Positions 37,605 to 46,868 are shown, counted from the first letter of the stretch. The stretch is DNA of 64,000 nt from Bacteroidota bacterium (GCA_018267675.1 JAFDYA010000038.1:557-64556); one strand, 5' to 3'. Made by a program: numbers and translations. The notes: generated from the letters alone by a model not told the origin.

Positions 37605-39302
37605 TTAATGGGCACCATAACGGCGGCGACGGAAGAAGATAAAAGCTGAGGCGAAAATGAGTAATGCCGCAATAGGGATCACGATATTGATTATTTGCCA
37701 TTGATTCCGTTCGTTCTTCACGCGCCCGGCATCAAGCAGTCGGAGTCGGCTTTCTTTATTTCGGCTCTCAAGGATGTCTGTTTTGTCGGTCAGGTATTCC
37801 AGGCAATTCATTAGAAATGCTTTGTTGGCAAACCGAGCTTTGTCATATTCCCAATAGCCCAGTTCTTGCGGGCCTGTGCGGGGATTGAAACCATTCAAAA
37901 ACATATCGCCGTCGCTCACAACAATCACGGCTCCTTCACTGTCCGCCACAGGCCGATACGCATCATGCATTGAGTCTTTGAGAATGCGGAGGAAGTCGGG
38001 TGCCAACCGATCTTGAAATACGGATTGGAACTTGCCTTCCAAAAGAACAGCTGTCGGCTTATTCCCTTTGTTATATAATTCTTGTTTTGGCGCATAACGC
38101 AGCATACTCAATGAAATCCTTGCCGGTACCATCGTTGGTCGGCTATATTTTGAGGATGCGAGCAATATTGTTTTCTTGATTCCCGGCGTAGCAATCGTGT
38201 CGATAGTAGAGACGAAGTTGCTCATGATGGCATCCATATTCCGGACAATAGGATTACTGGATGTTGGTATGAATACCGGCATATAAAACCAGTTTTTAAG
38301 TTCTACTTGTGGCTGGTCGCCCACCATACCTGTTACCACGGGGATACGGTTGCTTTGTAAGTCTTCAATCAAGTCCGGATTGACTCTCGCTCCCCATTTA
38401 AACAAGAGATCATCCAGGTTGAGATCCAGCGGTGTGGCCAGGAATTCTTCGGAGTTTTTCTGAAGGCTATCCAATCCGGCATTAGCAGCATCCATCATCA
38501 GGAGTAGTTTTCCTCCTTTCATGATGTATTGATCCAGCTTGAATTTCTCTTTGTCATCAAATGCACGTTGTGGTTTCACGACTATGGCCGCGTCGTAAAT
38601 AATCGGGATGTGTGTGCCGGTGCTCAGGTCCACGGTATCTACATGATAGACTTTCTGTATGCTGGTAAGCGCACTATAAGTATGCCAGTCTAGCGGCTCC
38701 CCATTGCCCACTAGGTAGGCGAGGTGCGGCTTGTCCGGACGAAGTAGGGCACGGATGGCTGAGGCAAATTTGTATTCTAACTGGGACTCGGAATAGTTCA
38801 GGATTTCCAAAGGAGTATAGCCAAGGTGATTTTCAAGGAGCTTCACGGATTGCTCCCGGTCGCGGTATTTCACAATTGCAAACGGAAATACTATTTGCTC
38901 GGAATACTTATCAGAACCGGTCTCCCGGATATTCATCCCATTAACGCCCTTGTCTGCAAGTTCGCTGAACACTTTAGCTTTTCCGTCCTCACTCACACCA
39001 TCAAAAGGGTCGCGAAATTTGAAAATAATCTTACCACCTGAAGCATCTCGGAACGATTGGAGGCGTTCTCTAACAGACTCTTTCAATCGTTGGAAGCCCG
39101 CAGGGAAGTCTTTGCCGTCCAGCAAAACATCGACATACACTACCTCAGGTAGTTCTTTCAACATCTTTTTGGTAGGGGTGGAAAGCGTAAACCGTTGTTC
39201 ACTCGTCAGGTCAATGCCTTTATGAAAGCGACCGGCAAGCATATTGAGTAAGATCAAGACGCCAACTAAAATCAGGACTCGGAATCCGGCCTGACGATTC
39301 AT
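37605..39302 (-). CDS. gldG: Gliding-motility ABC-transporter accessory protein GldG
   Basis: About 565 aa with N- and C-terminal TM helices around a large periplasmic domain. Follows gldF. ATG at 39302; the track start 39323 is TTG. Confidence 0.8.
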   Translation of the reverse strand: MNRQAGFRVLILVGVLILLNMLAGRFHKGIDLTSEQRFTLSTPTKKMLKELPEVVYVDVLLDGKDFPAGFQRLKESVRERLQSFRDASGGKIIFKFRDPFDGVSEDGKAKVFSELADKGVNGMNIRETGSDKYSEQIVFPFAIVKYRDREQSVKLLENHLGYTPLEILNYSESQLEYKFASAIRALLRPDKPHLAYLVGNGEPLDWHTYSALTSIQKVYHVDTVDLSTGTHIPIIYDAAIVVKPQRAFDDKEKFKLDQYIMKGGKLLLMMDAANAGLDSLQKNSEEFLATPLDLNLDDLLFKWGARVNPDLIEDLQSNRIPVVTGMVGDQPQVELKNWFYMPVFIPTSSNPIVRNMDAIMSNFVSTIDTIATPGIKKTILLASSKYSRPTMVPARISLSMLRYAPKQELYNKGNKPTAVLLEGKFQSVFQDRLAPDFLRILKDSMHDAYRPVADSEGAVIVVSDGDMFLNGFNPRTGPQELGYWEYDKARFANKAFLMNCLEYLTDKTDILESRNKESRLRLLDAGRVKNERNQWQIINIVIPIAALLIFASAFIFFRRRRYGAH

Positions 39303-39371
39303 TATTTTCTGTTTACTGGACAAGGAATGAAAAACGTTTTAGGTTGTAAAGCAATCTATTTAATAGCAATA

Positions 39372-40103
39372 CTAGACGGCCCGACGGGCTAGTGAAATAC
39401 GGGTGAGGGCAATAAATAAGACAATTACCGACAGGAAATAGATAATATCCCGTGAGTCAATGAGGCCACGGCTAATGGAATTGTAATGGAACTGCATGCC
39501 GATCATGCTGAGGTAGTATTCAACGCTCCCTGTGAAGCTAGGAATCTTACTCAAGGCCTCAAAACCGGTATAGAATAGATAACAGGCGAAAAGAGCAATG
39601 AGGAAACCAACTACTTGATTGCTGGTAAGTGAGGAGCAAAAGACGCCAATCGCTGCAAAGCCGGCAGCAAGAAAGAAGAGGCCAATATAGGAACCAATGA
39701 TGCCTCCGGTATCTAGGCCGACATTTTCAGCAGCGAGATTGGAGATAGAGTAGAGGTAAACGAGTGTGGGCAAAAGTGCAAAGGCAATTAATGCAAGCGT
39801 CGCAAAATATTTTCCAAGTATGATGTCGGTATCCCGCAGGGGTTTGGTGGCCAGCCATTCAATTGTCCCGGCGCGCACTTCATCGGAGAAGGAACGCATG
39901 GTGACCGCCGGAATGAGCAGCATCAATAGCCACGGTGCCATTTCAAAAAACTTCTCCATGGAGGCATAGCCATAGTCCAGAAAATTATTGTCCGGCAATA
40001 CCCACAGGAAGAGCCAGCAGGCAGTCAGGAATACACCAATGGCCACATAGCCAATGATGGATGAAAAGAAGGAGCGGAGCTCCCGAAAAAATATCGGACG
40101 CAT
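39372..40103 (-). CDS. gldF: Gliding-motility ABC-transporter permease GldF
   Basis: 243-aa ABC-2-type permease with six TM helices, directly upstream of gldG. Confidence 0.8.
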   Translation of the reverse strand: MRPIFFRELRSFFSSIIGYVAIGVFLTACWLFLWVLPDNNFLDYGYASMEKFFEMAPWLLMLLIPAVTMRSFSDEVRAGTIEWLATKPLRDTDIILGKYFATLALIAFALLPTLVYLYSISNLAAENVGLDTGGIIGSYIGLFFLAAGFAAIGVFCSSLTSNQVVGFLIALFACYLFYTGFEALSKIPSFTGSVEYYLSMIGMQFHYNSISRGLIDSRDIIYFLSVIVLFIALTRISLARRAV

Positions 40104-40299
40104 GAAAGCAAGTAAAGAGGCGCAAAAATAGGATTTTCAAGTAGTGGTATTCCGGCTAATTTGCTATGCTACGCTTCTTTTTTGCAAACTCTTTGTTTTA
40201 TTTTCTTGAAGTGAGCCGAGGTGTGCCGGTCAATCCTTTTACTAGACTATGGAGATATTCGTGCGGTAGGTCTGTATCTTCGGGGTTCAATTCCACATT

Positions 40300-40842
40300 T
40301 TGACAGTTCAGGATTTGCCCTTGCCTTCGGCAAAATTGATTACGCTGCCGGCATTTCCGGATGACCGGGGTTTGTTTGTTAAGACCTTTCATCGTTCCAG
40401 TCTTCAAGCGGTCGGTGTTTCCTTTGAGTTGCAGGAGTCCTATTTTTCTTTTTCCAAAAAGGGAGTCATTAGAGGGATGCACTTCCAGAGGCCACCGTAC
40501 GAGCATAGCAAGATTGTGTTTTGCCCGGTAGGGGCTATTCTTGATGTGCTGCTGGATCTGCGTAGAGGTTCCCCAACTTTTGGGCAGTTTTGTGCTCGGG
40601 AGTTGAGTGCAGAAAATCATCAGGCTATTTTTATTCCGGAGGGCTTTGCTCATGGCTTCAAAGCATTGACCGAGGGGGCAATGACCTACTATTTGGTATC
40701 CTCGGAATATGATAAGGATTCGGACACGGGGGTTCGTTGGGATAGTTTTGGCTTTGATTGGGAGGAAGCTCATGCTGTCATTTCCCAAAGGGATCAACAA
40801 TTTTTGCCGCTGATTGAATTGGATAGCCCATTTTCTATTTAG
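40300..40842 (+). CDS. rfbC: dTDP-4-dehydrorhamnose 3,5-epimerase
   Basis: 180 aa. Contains FPDDRGLFVKTF...RGMHFQRPPYEHSKIVFCPVGAILDVLLDLR...IPEGFAHGF, the cupin RmlC signature. TTG start; no upstream in-frame ATG. Confidence 0.9.
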   Translation: MTVQDLPLPSAKLITLPAFPDDRGLFVKTFHRSSLQAVGVSFELQESYFSFSKKGVIRGMHFQRPPYEHSKIVFCPVGAILDVLLDLRRGSPTFGQFCARELSAENHQAIFIPEGFAHGFKALTEGAMTYYLVSSEYDKDSDTGVRWDSFGFDWEEAHAVISQRDQQFLPLIELDSPFSI

Positions 40843-41017
40843 TGCCTACTTGAAAAATTAGGTTTTTGATCAATAACTGCATTGAAAAAAGACAGTGTCC
40901 GTGTCCGTCCTCGCTTGGCTGCAACCGGACATCAAGAACGTTGCTTGCTTTACTTTTCAATATACTTGTTAAATGAATTGAAGGATCAGGAAATGATCGG
41001 GATTTGTTCAATCCGTG

Positions 41018-41158
41018 ATGCACCGCGTGAGGGATAGCAACGGAAAGCCCGCAGGCTGGCGGAGTGCAACGGAGCCAACCGAGGACTTGAAGTGGATAGC
41101 CCGACCTCCGCCGCTTGCTGGGAAGCGGCGGAGGACACGCCCCCCAAAAATGGCTTAG
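41018..41158. repeat. GC-rich intergenic repeat element (copy A) with a 12-bp perfect hairpin
   Basis: Two sub-units, each beginning GTG(A)GGATAGC...CCG and each ending GAGGAC. Hairpin CCTCCGCCGCTT-GCTGGG-AAGCGGCGGAGG at 41105..41134. Related in inverse orientation to 45518..45610. Lies between convergent genes. Confidence 0.6.
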
Positions 41159-41161
41159 GGT

Positions 41162-42529
41162 TTAATTTTCTTCTTCGATTTGTTCGTCTTTGTTGATGCT
41201 TACTTTCACGCGGGTAATGCGCATCTTGTCCAGCTCGAGTACAGTAAACTCATACTGTCGATAGTTGACGGTTTCGTTTACGGCGGGGAATTTTCCGGAT
41301 AGCTCCAAAATGAGTCCGCCTATGGAGTCGCTTTCTTCCCGAGCCTCGTCGAAAGTATCGGAGGGTAGGCCCATCATGCGGCACATGTCGTTGATGAGGG
41401 TTTTGCCTTCGAAGAGGTAGTTGTTGTCGTCTATCTTGCGGAACATGGGGTCGTCTTCGTCAAATTCGTCTTTGATATCGCCGATGATTTCTTCCATGAT
41501 ATCCTCTAGGGTGACGATGCCGGAGGTGCCGCCAAACTCATCGACAACAACAGCTAAGTGGTTGCGTTTTTGTTGGAATTCTACCAATAGGTCTTTAATC
41601 AGTTTGCCTTCGTGTACAAAGAATGCCGGGCGGATGAGGGTATGCCAATCAAAATGATTTTCTTCGGTATGGGGTAGGAAGTCCTTGGTGTGGATGACGC
41701 CGGCAACGGTATCTAGGCTTTCTTTATAGACGGGCATTCTGGAATAGCCGTTCTTTATGGCATATGCTTGCACTTCGGTGAAGTTCATCTCATAGTCCAC
41801 TGCGGCAACGTCCAGGCGGGTACGCATGATTTGGCGGGCGGTGATATTGCCGAAGAGTAGAATGCCTTTAAAGATATTGACTTCTTCGCGGGTGGCGGTA
41901 TGGCCTACGGTGAGTTCAATGGCCGTCTCAAAATCTTCGGCACTGAGGTTATTGTTGTTTCCTTTTTTGCTCAGTCTATTTTCAATAAAACTGGTGGAGG
42001 AGACGAGGGGGCGGCTTATTGGGCTGAATAGGCCATTCATCGTGCTGATAAATGGGGCGCTAAAAAGGGCCATGCGCATATTGTTTTGAGTGGCATAGAC
42101 CTTTGGCAGTACCTCGCCAAATAGTACGAGTAGGAAGGTGACTGCCACTACCTGAATTAGGAAGGAATAAGCAGCGGGAATAGTGTCTGGGAGTAGGGCG
42201 GAAACGAAGATATTGGTCGTGATAATGATGGCAATATTGATAAAGTTGTTGGCCACTAGGATAGTTGCAAGCAATAATTTAGGTTGCTCTAATAGGCGGA
42301 CAGCCGCTCTAGCGGCGGATTGCTCTTTTGTTTTCAGGTAGTTTATGTCCTTGTTTTTGAGCGAAAAGTAGGCTGTCTCGGCCCCGGAAGTGATGGCTGC
42401 GAGCAAAAGCAAAATCAATATAACAATCAATATGATTGTCAGTGCTGTGGGGGAAAAAGAACTACCGCTGCTTGCGGCTTGTAAGAGAAATGTTAGCGGG
42501 CCCGTCCCGCCTTCAGGGGCACTTTCCAA
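41162..42529 (-). CDS. CNNM(DUF21)-CBS-CorC/HlyC family membrane protein, GldE-like
   Basis: 455 aa. N-terminal 4-TM DUF21, a CBS pair, and a C-terminal CorC_HlyC domain. Has the mutY-ssb-gldE-type synteny common in Bacteroidota. TTG start. Confidence 0.75.
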   Translation of the reverse strand: MESAPEGGTGPLTFLLQAASSGSSFSPTALTIILIVILILLLLAAITSGAETAYFSLKNKDINYLKTKEQSAARAAVRLLEQPKLLLATILVANNFINIAIIITTNIFVSALLPDTIPAAYSFLIQVVAVTFLLVLFGEVLPKVYATQNNMRMALFSAPFISTMNGLFSPISRPLVSSTSFIENRLSKKGNNNNLSAEDFETAIELTVGHTATREEVNIFKGILLFGNITARQIMRTRLDVAAVDYEMNFTEVQAYAIKNGYSRMPVYKESLDTVAGVIHTKDFLPHTEENHFDWHTLIRPAFFVHEGKLIKDLLVEFQQKRNHLAVVVDEFGGTSGIVTLEDIMEEIIGDIKDEFDEDDPMFRKIDDNNYLFEGKTLINDMCRMMGLPSDTFDEAREESDSIGGLILELSGKFPAVNETVNYRQYEFTVLELDKMRITRVKVSINKDEQIEEEN

Positions 42530-42596
42530 AATGGATAGGAATTGGTGAATGGTACAAAATTAAAAGAAGGCGGCGAACATTTGAAATAAATGTGTC

Positions 42597-43013
42597 TTAA
42601 AATGAAAGAATATCGTCCTCTGCCAGATTTTCTTGAGCTTTCGGTGTTGTTGTGTCCAAGCTTAGTTCGGGCTCGCTGTCTTTGCGTTTGTCGAGTAGGA
42701 TGAGGTTGTCGCCGATGATTTCGGTGCAGCTTCTACGGATATTGTCTTTGTCTTCCCAATTTCTTGTGCGGAGCTTTCCTTCAATATAAACGGCGCTTCC
42801 TTTGTGTAGATATTTCTGTGCCAGGTCGGCAAGGCCGCGCCAAAGGACTACCGTATGCCATTCTGTTTGGTTGGTAATGTGGCCGCTCTTGTCTTTATAA
42901 CTTTCTGTGGTGGCTACTGTGAATTTGGCAATGTTGATTCCGCCTTCAAGTGTTTGCATTTCTGGGTCTTTGCCTAGGTTACCAATAAGCGTTACTTTGT
43001 TTACACCGCGCAT
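42597..43013 (-). CDS. ssb: Single-stranded DNA-binding protein
   Basis: 138 aa. OB fold (MRGVNKVTLIGNLGKDPE...TEWH) and an acidic C-terminal tip DDILSF. Confidence 0.95.
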   Translation of the reverse strand: MRGVNKVTLIGNLGKDPEMQTLEGGINIAKFTVATTESYKDKSGHITNQTEWHTVVLWRGLADLAQKYLHKGSAVYIEGKLRTRNWEDKDNIRRSCTEIIGDNLILLDKRKDSEPELSLDTTTPKAQENLAEDDILSF

Positions 43014-43019
43014 AGTCTT

Positions 43020-44129
43020 TTAAATATTTCGTGAAGTTCCAATCGCATTAAAAATACCTTTTTTCTCAAATAATTCTAAAATAGTCTTTGGAAAGGGTAA
43101 TGATTTGATGGTGTCCTTGTGCAACCAGCTACCACAGGGAGGCAGGCTGGGCGGCTGTTTGCAATGCTTGAAGTAGAGCTTGGAATGGACGAGTTGATGG
43201 CTGAGTCGTTGTCGGGTTTGTGCCACAATTGTAGCGGTGCCGGAGAGTTGAAGTCCTTGATAGGCGGCGTTCTTGTGGAGCGCTATATCGTTTAAATCTT
43301 TGTCTGTTTCTATTAGAAAGGGTTGGTAAAGTCCGTTCCAGATATCTTTTGTTTCCCGTCGTTCCAGCCAAATCTTGTCGCGACACTCTAGTAGAATGAA
43401 GTTGAAATAGCGGTGCTGAACTACGATTTTTTTACTCTTTAGGGGTAATATTTTTAAGAGTTCCGAATTTTTGGAATTGCAAGTATTGGAGAGCGGGCAA
43501 AGGCTGCACTGTGGTTTCCTTGGGCTGCAAATACTTGCTCCCAAATCCATGATTGCCTGATTGAATGTGGCGGGATTCTTTTTGTCGAGTACTTCGTCGG
43601 CAAGCTTCTGGAAGTGTTTTTTCCCCTGGAGGGTATCAATAGGGTGTTCATCCGCATAGTAGCGGGCGAGTACGCGATACACGTTGCCGTCCAGCACAGC
43701 GTGGGGTAAGCCGAAGGCAAAGGAGGCAATTGCAGCAGCCGTATAATCGCCAATACCCCGTAGGGCGCGGATATCAGCGTAGGTATTTGGGAATATGCCC
43801 CCTAGCTCGGTAGCAATGAGGCGTGCGGTAGCAAGCAGATTGCGGCAGCGTGTATAGTAGCCCAGCCCCTGCCAAAGCCGAAATACCTCGTCATCGTTTG
43901 CGGCAGCTAACGCATGTATGTTTGGGTACTGTTGGATAAATTTTAAGTAGTAGGGAATGCCCTGTTCGGCTCGGGTCTGTTGTAGGATGATTTCAGAGAG
44001 CCAGATTTTGTATGGATCATTTACTTTTTTCCAGGGAAGCGTCCGGAGCTTGGCTTGTTGATGCCATTCGAGGAGCGCCTGCGTAAATATTGTTTCTATT
44101 CTAGCTTTTTTCTTCACGAAATGCCGCAA
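43020..44129 (-). CDS. mutY: A/G-specific adenine DNA glycosylase
   Basis: 369 aa. HhH-GPD (LRGIGDYTAAAI), a 4Fe-4S cluster loop (CxxxxxxCxxCxxxxxC) and a NUDIX-like C-terminal domain. Confidence 0.92.
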   Translation of the reverse strand: MRHFVKKKARIETIFTQALLEWHQQAKLRTLPWKKVNDPYKIWLSEIILQQTRAEQGIPYYLKFIQQYPNIHALAAANDDEVFRLWQGLGYYTRCRNLLATARLIATELGGIFPNTYADIRALRGIGDYTAAAIASFAFGLPHAVLDGNVYRVLARYYADEHPIDTLQGKKHFQKLADEVLDKKNPATFNQAIMDLGASICSPRKPQCSLCPLSNTCNSKNSELLKILPLKSKKIVVQHRYFNFILLECRDKIWLERRETKDIWNGLYQPFLIETDKDLNDIALHKNAAYQGLQLSGTATIVAQTRQRLSHQLVHSKLYFKHCKQPPSLPPCGSWLHKDTIKSLPFPKTILELFEKKGIFNAIGTSRNI

Positions 44130-44215
44130 TTGCTCAAGTAATAGTCGGGCAATTTACCCACATAATTTTAAGTTGGCACCAAGCACCATTTTCCCTGACT
44201 ATCTTCGCGGCCATT

Positions 44216-45055
44216 ATGGAAATCTTGGATCTGCAGAATATGGCGACACAAGTTCGCCGCGATATCGTACGAATGGTTCATGGCGTGCAAAGCGGGCACC
44301 CGGGCGGCTCTCTTGGCTGTACCGATTTTTTGGTGGCACTCTACTTTGAGGTCATGAAGCACGATCCAAATTTTAATATGGATGGCAATGCTGAGGATAT
44401 TTTCTTCCTATCCAATGGGCATATCTCGCCGGTTTTTTATAGTGTTTTGGCTCGGTCCGGCTATTTCCCGGTAGCCGAGTTGGCTACTTTTAGAAAGTTG
44501 AATACGCGGCTGCAGGGGCACCCGACCACCCACGAAGGCTTGCCTGGGGTACGCGTGGCTTCCGGCTCTTTGGGCCAGGGCTTGAGTGTAGCTTGTGGTG
44601 CCGCTCTTGCTAAGAAGTTGAATGGCGATGATCGTATTGTTTATACGCTACATGGGGATGGGGAGCTACAAGAAGGCCAGAATTGGGAAGCAATCTTGTT
44701 TGCTGCCCATCATAAAGTTGATAATTTGATTGCCACAATAGATGTGAACGGGCAACAAATTGATGGTACCACTAAATCCGTCATGAACTTGGAGTCTTTG
44801 AAGCAAAAGTTTGAAGCCTTTAATTGGACTACTGTGGAAATGAAGGGTAATGATATGAATGATGTGCTTAAAGGGCTTGCTGCTGCTAAAGCCGCGACTG
44901 GCCAAGGTAAGCCGGTTGTGATCTTGATGAGCACTGAAATGGGATATGGTGTGAGCTTTATGCAGGGCACTCATGAATGGCATGGTATAGCTCCTAATGA
45001 TGCTCAATTAGCACAAGCACTTTCTGAATTACCCTCTGTTTTGGCGGATTATTAA
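44216..45055 (+). CDS. Transketolase, N-terminal (TPP-binding) subunit of a split enzyme
   Basis: 279 aa. Contains SGHPGGSLG...NGH...GSLGQGL...GDGELQEGQNWEA. Confidence 0.88.
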   Translation: MEILDLQNMATQVRRDIVRMVHGVQSGHPGGSLGCTDFLVALYFEVMKHDPNFNMDGNAEDIFFLSNGHISPVFYSVLARSGYFPVAELATFRKLNTRLQGHPTTHEGLPGVRVASGSLGQGLSVACGAALAKKLNGDDRIVYTLHGDGELQEGQNWEAILFAAHHKVDNLIATIDVNGQQIDGTTKSVMNLESLKQKFEAFNWTTVEMKGNDMNDVLKGLAAAKAATGQGKPVVILMSTEMGYGVSFMQGTHEWHGIAPNDAQLAQALSELPSVLADY

Positions 45056-45060
45056 AGGCT

Positions 45061-45507
45061 ATGTTAGGTCGCACACTCATCTTTCTTTGCTTGCTAGCGG
45101 CTATTGGTGCCGCTTCATGCAATCGGAAGGCTGACGCACCTGTTTTTTCAGCACGGGACAGTCTGTTGGGTAATTGGTCTCGAGTATTGCGTGCTTATGA
45201 CTATAATGGCAATCAACATCTGGACTCAGCGGAGATAAAATACGCACCGGCTACCGATACCTTTTTACTTTCCCTTTCAGCAGATGCCAGCTATCAGCGA
45301 GTTTTGACTTTTAAAAGTGTACAATTCCCTGAATCCGGGACCTGGCACCTTCAAAGTAATAGTACCGAAATCGTTTTTCAACCGAGCACTTCCACCTCGG
45401 TAGTTGATACCTTTCAATTTGATACCCTAAGCCAAAGCTATCTTCGTTTCCACCGAATCAGCGGCAATGATGTGTGGTATTGGGAAGATTATCGTCGTCC
45501 GCGTTAG
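45061..45507 (+). CDS. Hypothetical lipoprotein (lipocalin-like size)
   Basis: 148 aa. Signal plus lipobox (GAASC). Confidence 0.55.
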   Translation: MLGRTLIFLCLLAAIGAASCNRKADAPVFSARDSLLGNWSRVLRAYDYNGNQHLDSAEIKYAPATDTFLLSLSADASYQRVLTFKSVQFPESGTWHLQSNSTEIVFQPSTSTSVVDTFQFDTLSQSYLRFHRISGNDVWYWEDYRRPR

Positions 45508-45517
45508 CTATTTTGTT

Positions 45518-45610
45518 TGGGCGCCCGGGCCCGCTTTCGGTTACAATCCCCCTCACTCGTTGAGGGGGGAGATTTTCACTTCAATCGGTGGCGCGAGGAA
45601 ACTCGAGGAA
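45518..45610. repeat. GC-rich intergenic repeat element (copy B, inverted relative to copy A) with hairpin
   Basis: The reverse complement reads ...TTGAAGTGAAAATC...CGAGTGAGGGGGATTGTAACCGAAAGCGGGCCCGG. Compare copy A, CGCGTGAGGGATAGCAACGGAAAGCCCGCAGG and TTGAAGTGGATAGC. Hairpin CCCCCTCA-CTCGT-TGAGGGGG at 45547..45567. Lies between convergent genes. Confidence 0.55.
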
Positions 45611-45630
45611 ACAAGAATATTTTCAACTCC

Positions 45631-46848
45631 TCATGCACCAAATGCATAGTCGTGTAGGTACGTATAGTCGGGCATCAATTGCCCATCGCGACAGATAGTA
45701 GCCCGTTTCAGGATATCACTCACTTCATCTTTCAGCAGTTCCTTGAGTACATATTTCTGGATGTGCACTCCGAAATGTATTGAAGCATCACGTGGCAATT
45801 CGTTGGGTAGATTATCTACCGCCATAAGGTCAATGATGTTGTCGTCTTTTAGGAAGGCATCAGTGCGCGACAAGCTGAAGCGGTGTACACCATACACCGG
45901 ATCGGCAATGGTGCTTGCACCAAGATTTATCGGCACAGAGCCATCCACATCGCAGGTAATATCTGCAATAACATTCATCTTGTAGCCCGCAGCTTGAACA
46001 TCTGTTTTTTCAAACAATCTAGGCACTTTCCTATCCCAATAGATACCGTTCATTAGGATGTCTGTCCGGCTCAAAAATGGCTTGAAAACACACTGAAAAT
46101 CCTGGGGATTATTATGGAAGTCTTCGCGATGGTAGGCTTTCCCATCCTTACGCTCATAAAGCGACGCTCCTTTGAGGTGCGTATAGACAGGGTAGTCATA
46201 GTCAAATGAAAGGAAATCTTCGGGCTCAATAAAGTCCACATCAAAGTCATTCATCACCTCCACAATCCCGGAGGCTACCTTGCCGGAACCCGTCACTACA
46301 ATACGGATTGGCGGGAGCACCACCTCATCATATATAGCCTGCAAACCCGCAATAGAGCCAACTTCATGTGCCGGTGGTAAATTAAACCTGCCGGTTCGCT
46401 TCCCATAGGTGAGGAGGCCATTATGCGCACCCACCAAGCCGGCAAAAAACCCAAATCCAAGAATCCGCTGACCATCAGCATGGGTAAGACATTCATAGTC
46501 GATCATCCGGATCCGCTGGGCAATAAGCGCCTGCATCAATGGTTTGTTGTAGGGTTGTGCCTTCTTGGTATGCGAGAAGAAAAAGTAGGTTTTGCCCGGA
46601 AGTAAGTCTTTTATCGGCACTTCTTTAATGCCAAGGAGGATCGTGCAATCATGCAAGTCTTCCTGCAGCTTGATGCCTTCTGCTGCATACTCTGAATCAC
46701 TGAAACAGCGGATAGGGGAGGGCTGAACTACAATTTGTAGCCCTGGATATTCCTTCATCATTTCCACACATTGCTTCGGTGTGAGGGCTACTCTAGTGTC
46801 AGGAGGGGTCTTGCCTTCGCGGATAAGGCCGATGCGGGTGTTGTACAT
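45631..46848 (-). CDS. Alanine-dehydrogenase/PNT-fold oxidoreductase, lysine-ketoglutarate-reductase (saccharopine dehydrogenase, L-lysine-forming)-like
   Basis: 405 aa. Contains IGLIREGK...E.RVALTP, YFFFSHTKKAQPYN and VVTGSGKVASG (Rossmann). This pattern matches LKR-type enzymes. Confidence 0.65.
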   Translation of the reverse strand: MYNTRIGLIREGKTPPDTRVALTPKQCVEMMKEYPGLQIVVQPSPIRCFSDSEYAAEGIKLQEDLHDCTILLGIKEVPIKDLLPGKTYFFFSHTKKAQPYNKPLMQALIAQRIRMIDYECLTHADGQRILGFGFFAGLVGAHNGLLTYGKRTGRFNLPPAHEVGSIAGLQAIYDEVVLPPIRIVVTGSGKVASGIVEVMNDFDVDFIEPEDFLSFDYDYPVYTHLKGASLYERKDGKAYHREDFHNNPQDFQCVFKPFLSRTDILMNGIYWDRKVPRLFEKTDVQAAGYKMNVIADITCDVDGSVPINLGASTIADPVYGVHRFSLSRTDAFLKDDNIIDLMAVDNLPNELPRDASIHFGVHIQKYVLKELLKDEVSDILKRATICRDGQLMPDYTYLHDYAFGA

Positions 46849-46868
46849 TTGCCTGCAAAGATAAACCG

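Noticed and set aside
40198-40800. A 200-aa ORF on the minus strand, covering almost the whole rfbC gene.
   Set aside because: The plus-strand frame encodes an unmistakable RmlC cupin (RGMHFQ, PEGFAHGF). The antisense product is low-complexity, rich in Arg/Lys/Pro/Gln, and has no motif. It is a typical shadow ORF.
41105-41134. A perfect 12-bp hairpin, considered as a rho-independent terminator for rfbC or the gldE-like gene.
   Set aside because: No T/U tract follows the stem on either strand. I kept it as part of the repeat element and made no terminator call.
41018-41158. A 46-codon ATG ORF (MHRVRDSNGKPAGWRSATEPTEDLKWIARPPPLAGKRRRTRPPKMA) inside GC-rich repeat copy A.
   Set aside because: The related copy B does not preserve the frame. 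The composition reflects the GC-rich repeat and its hairpin. It is more likely a nucleic-acid element than a peptide gene.
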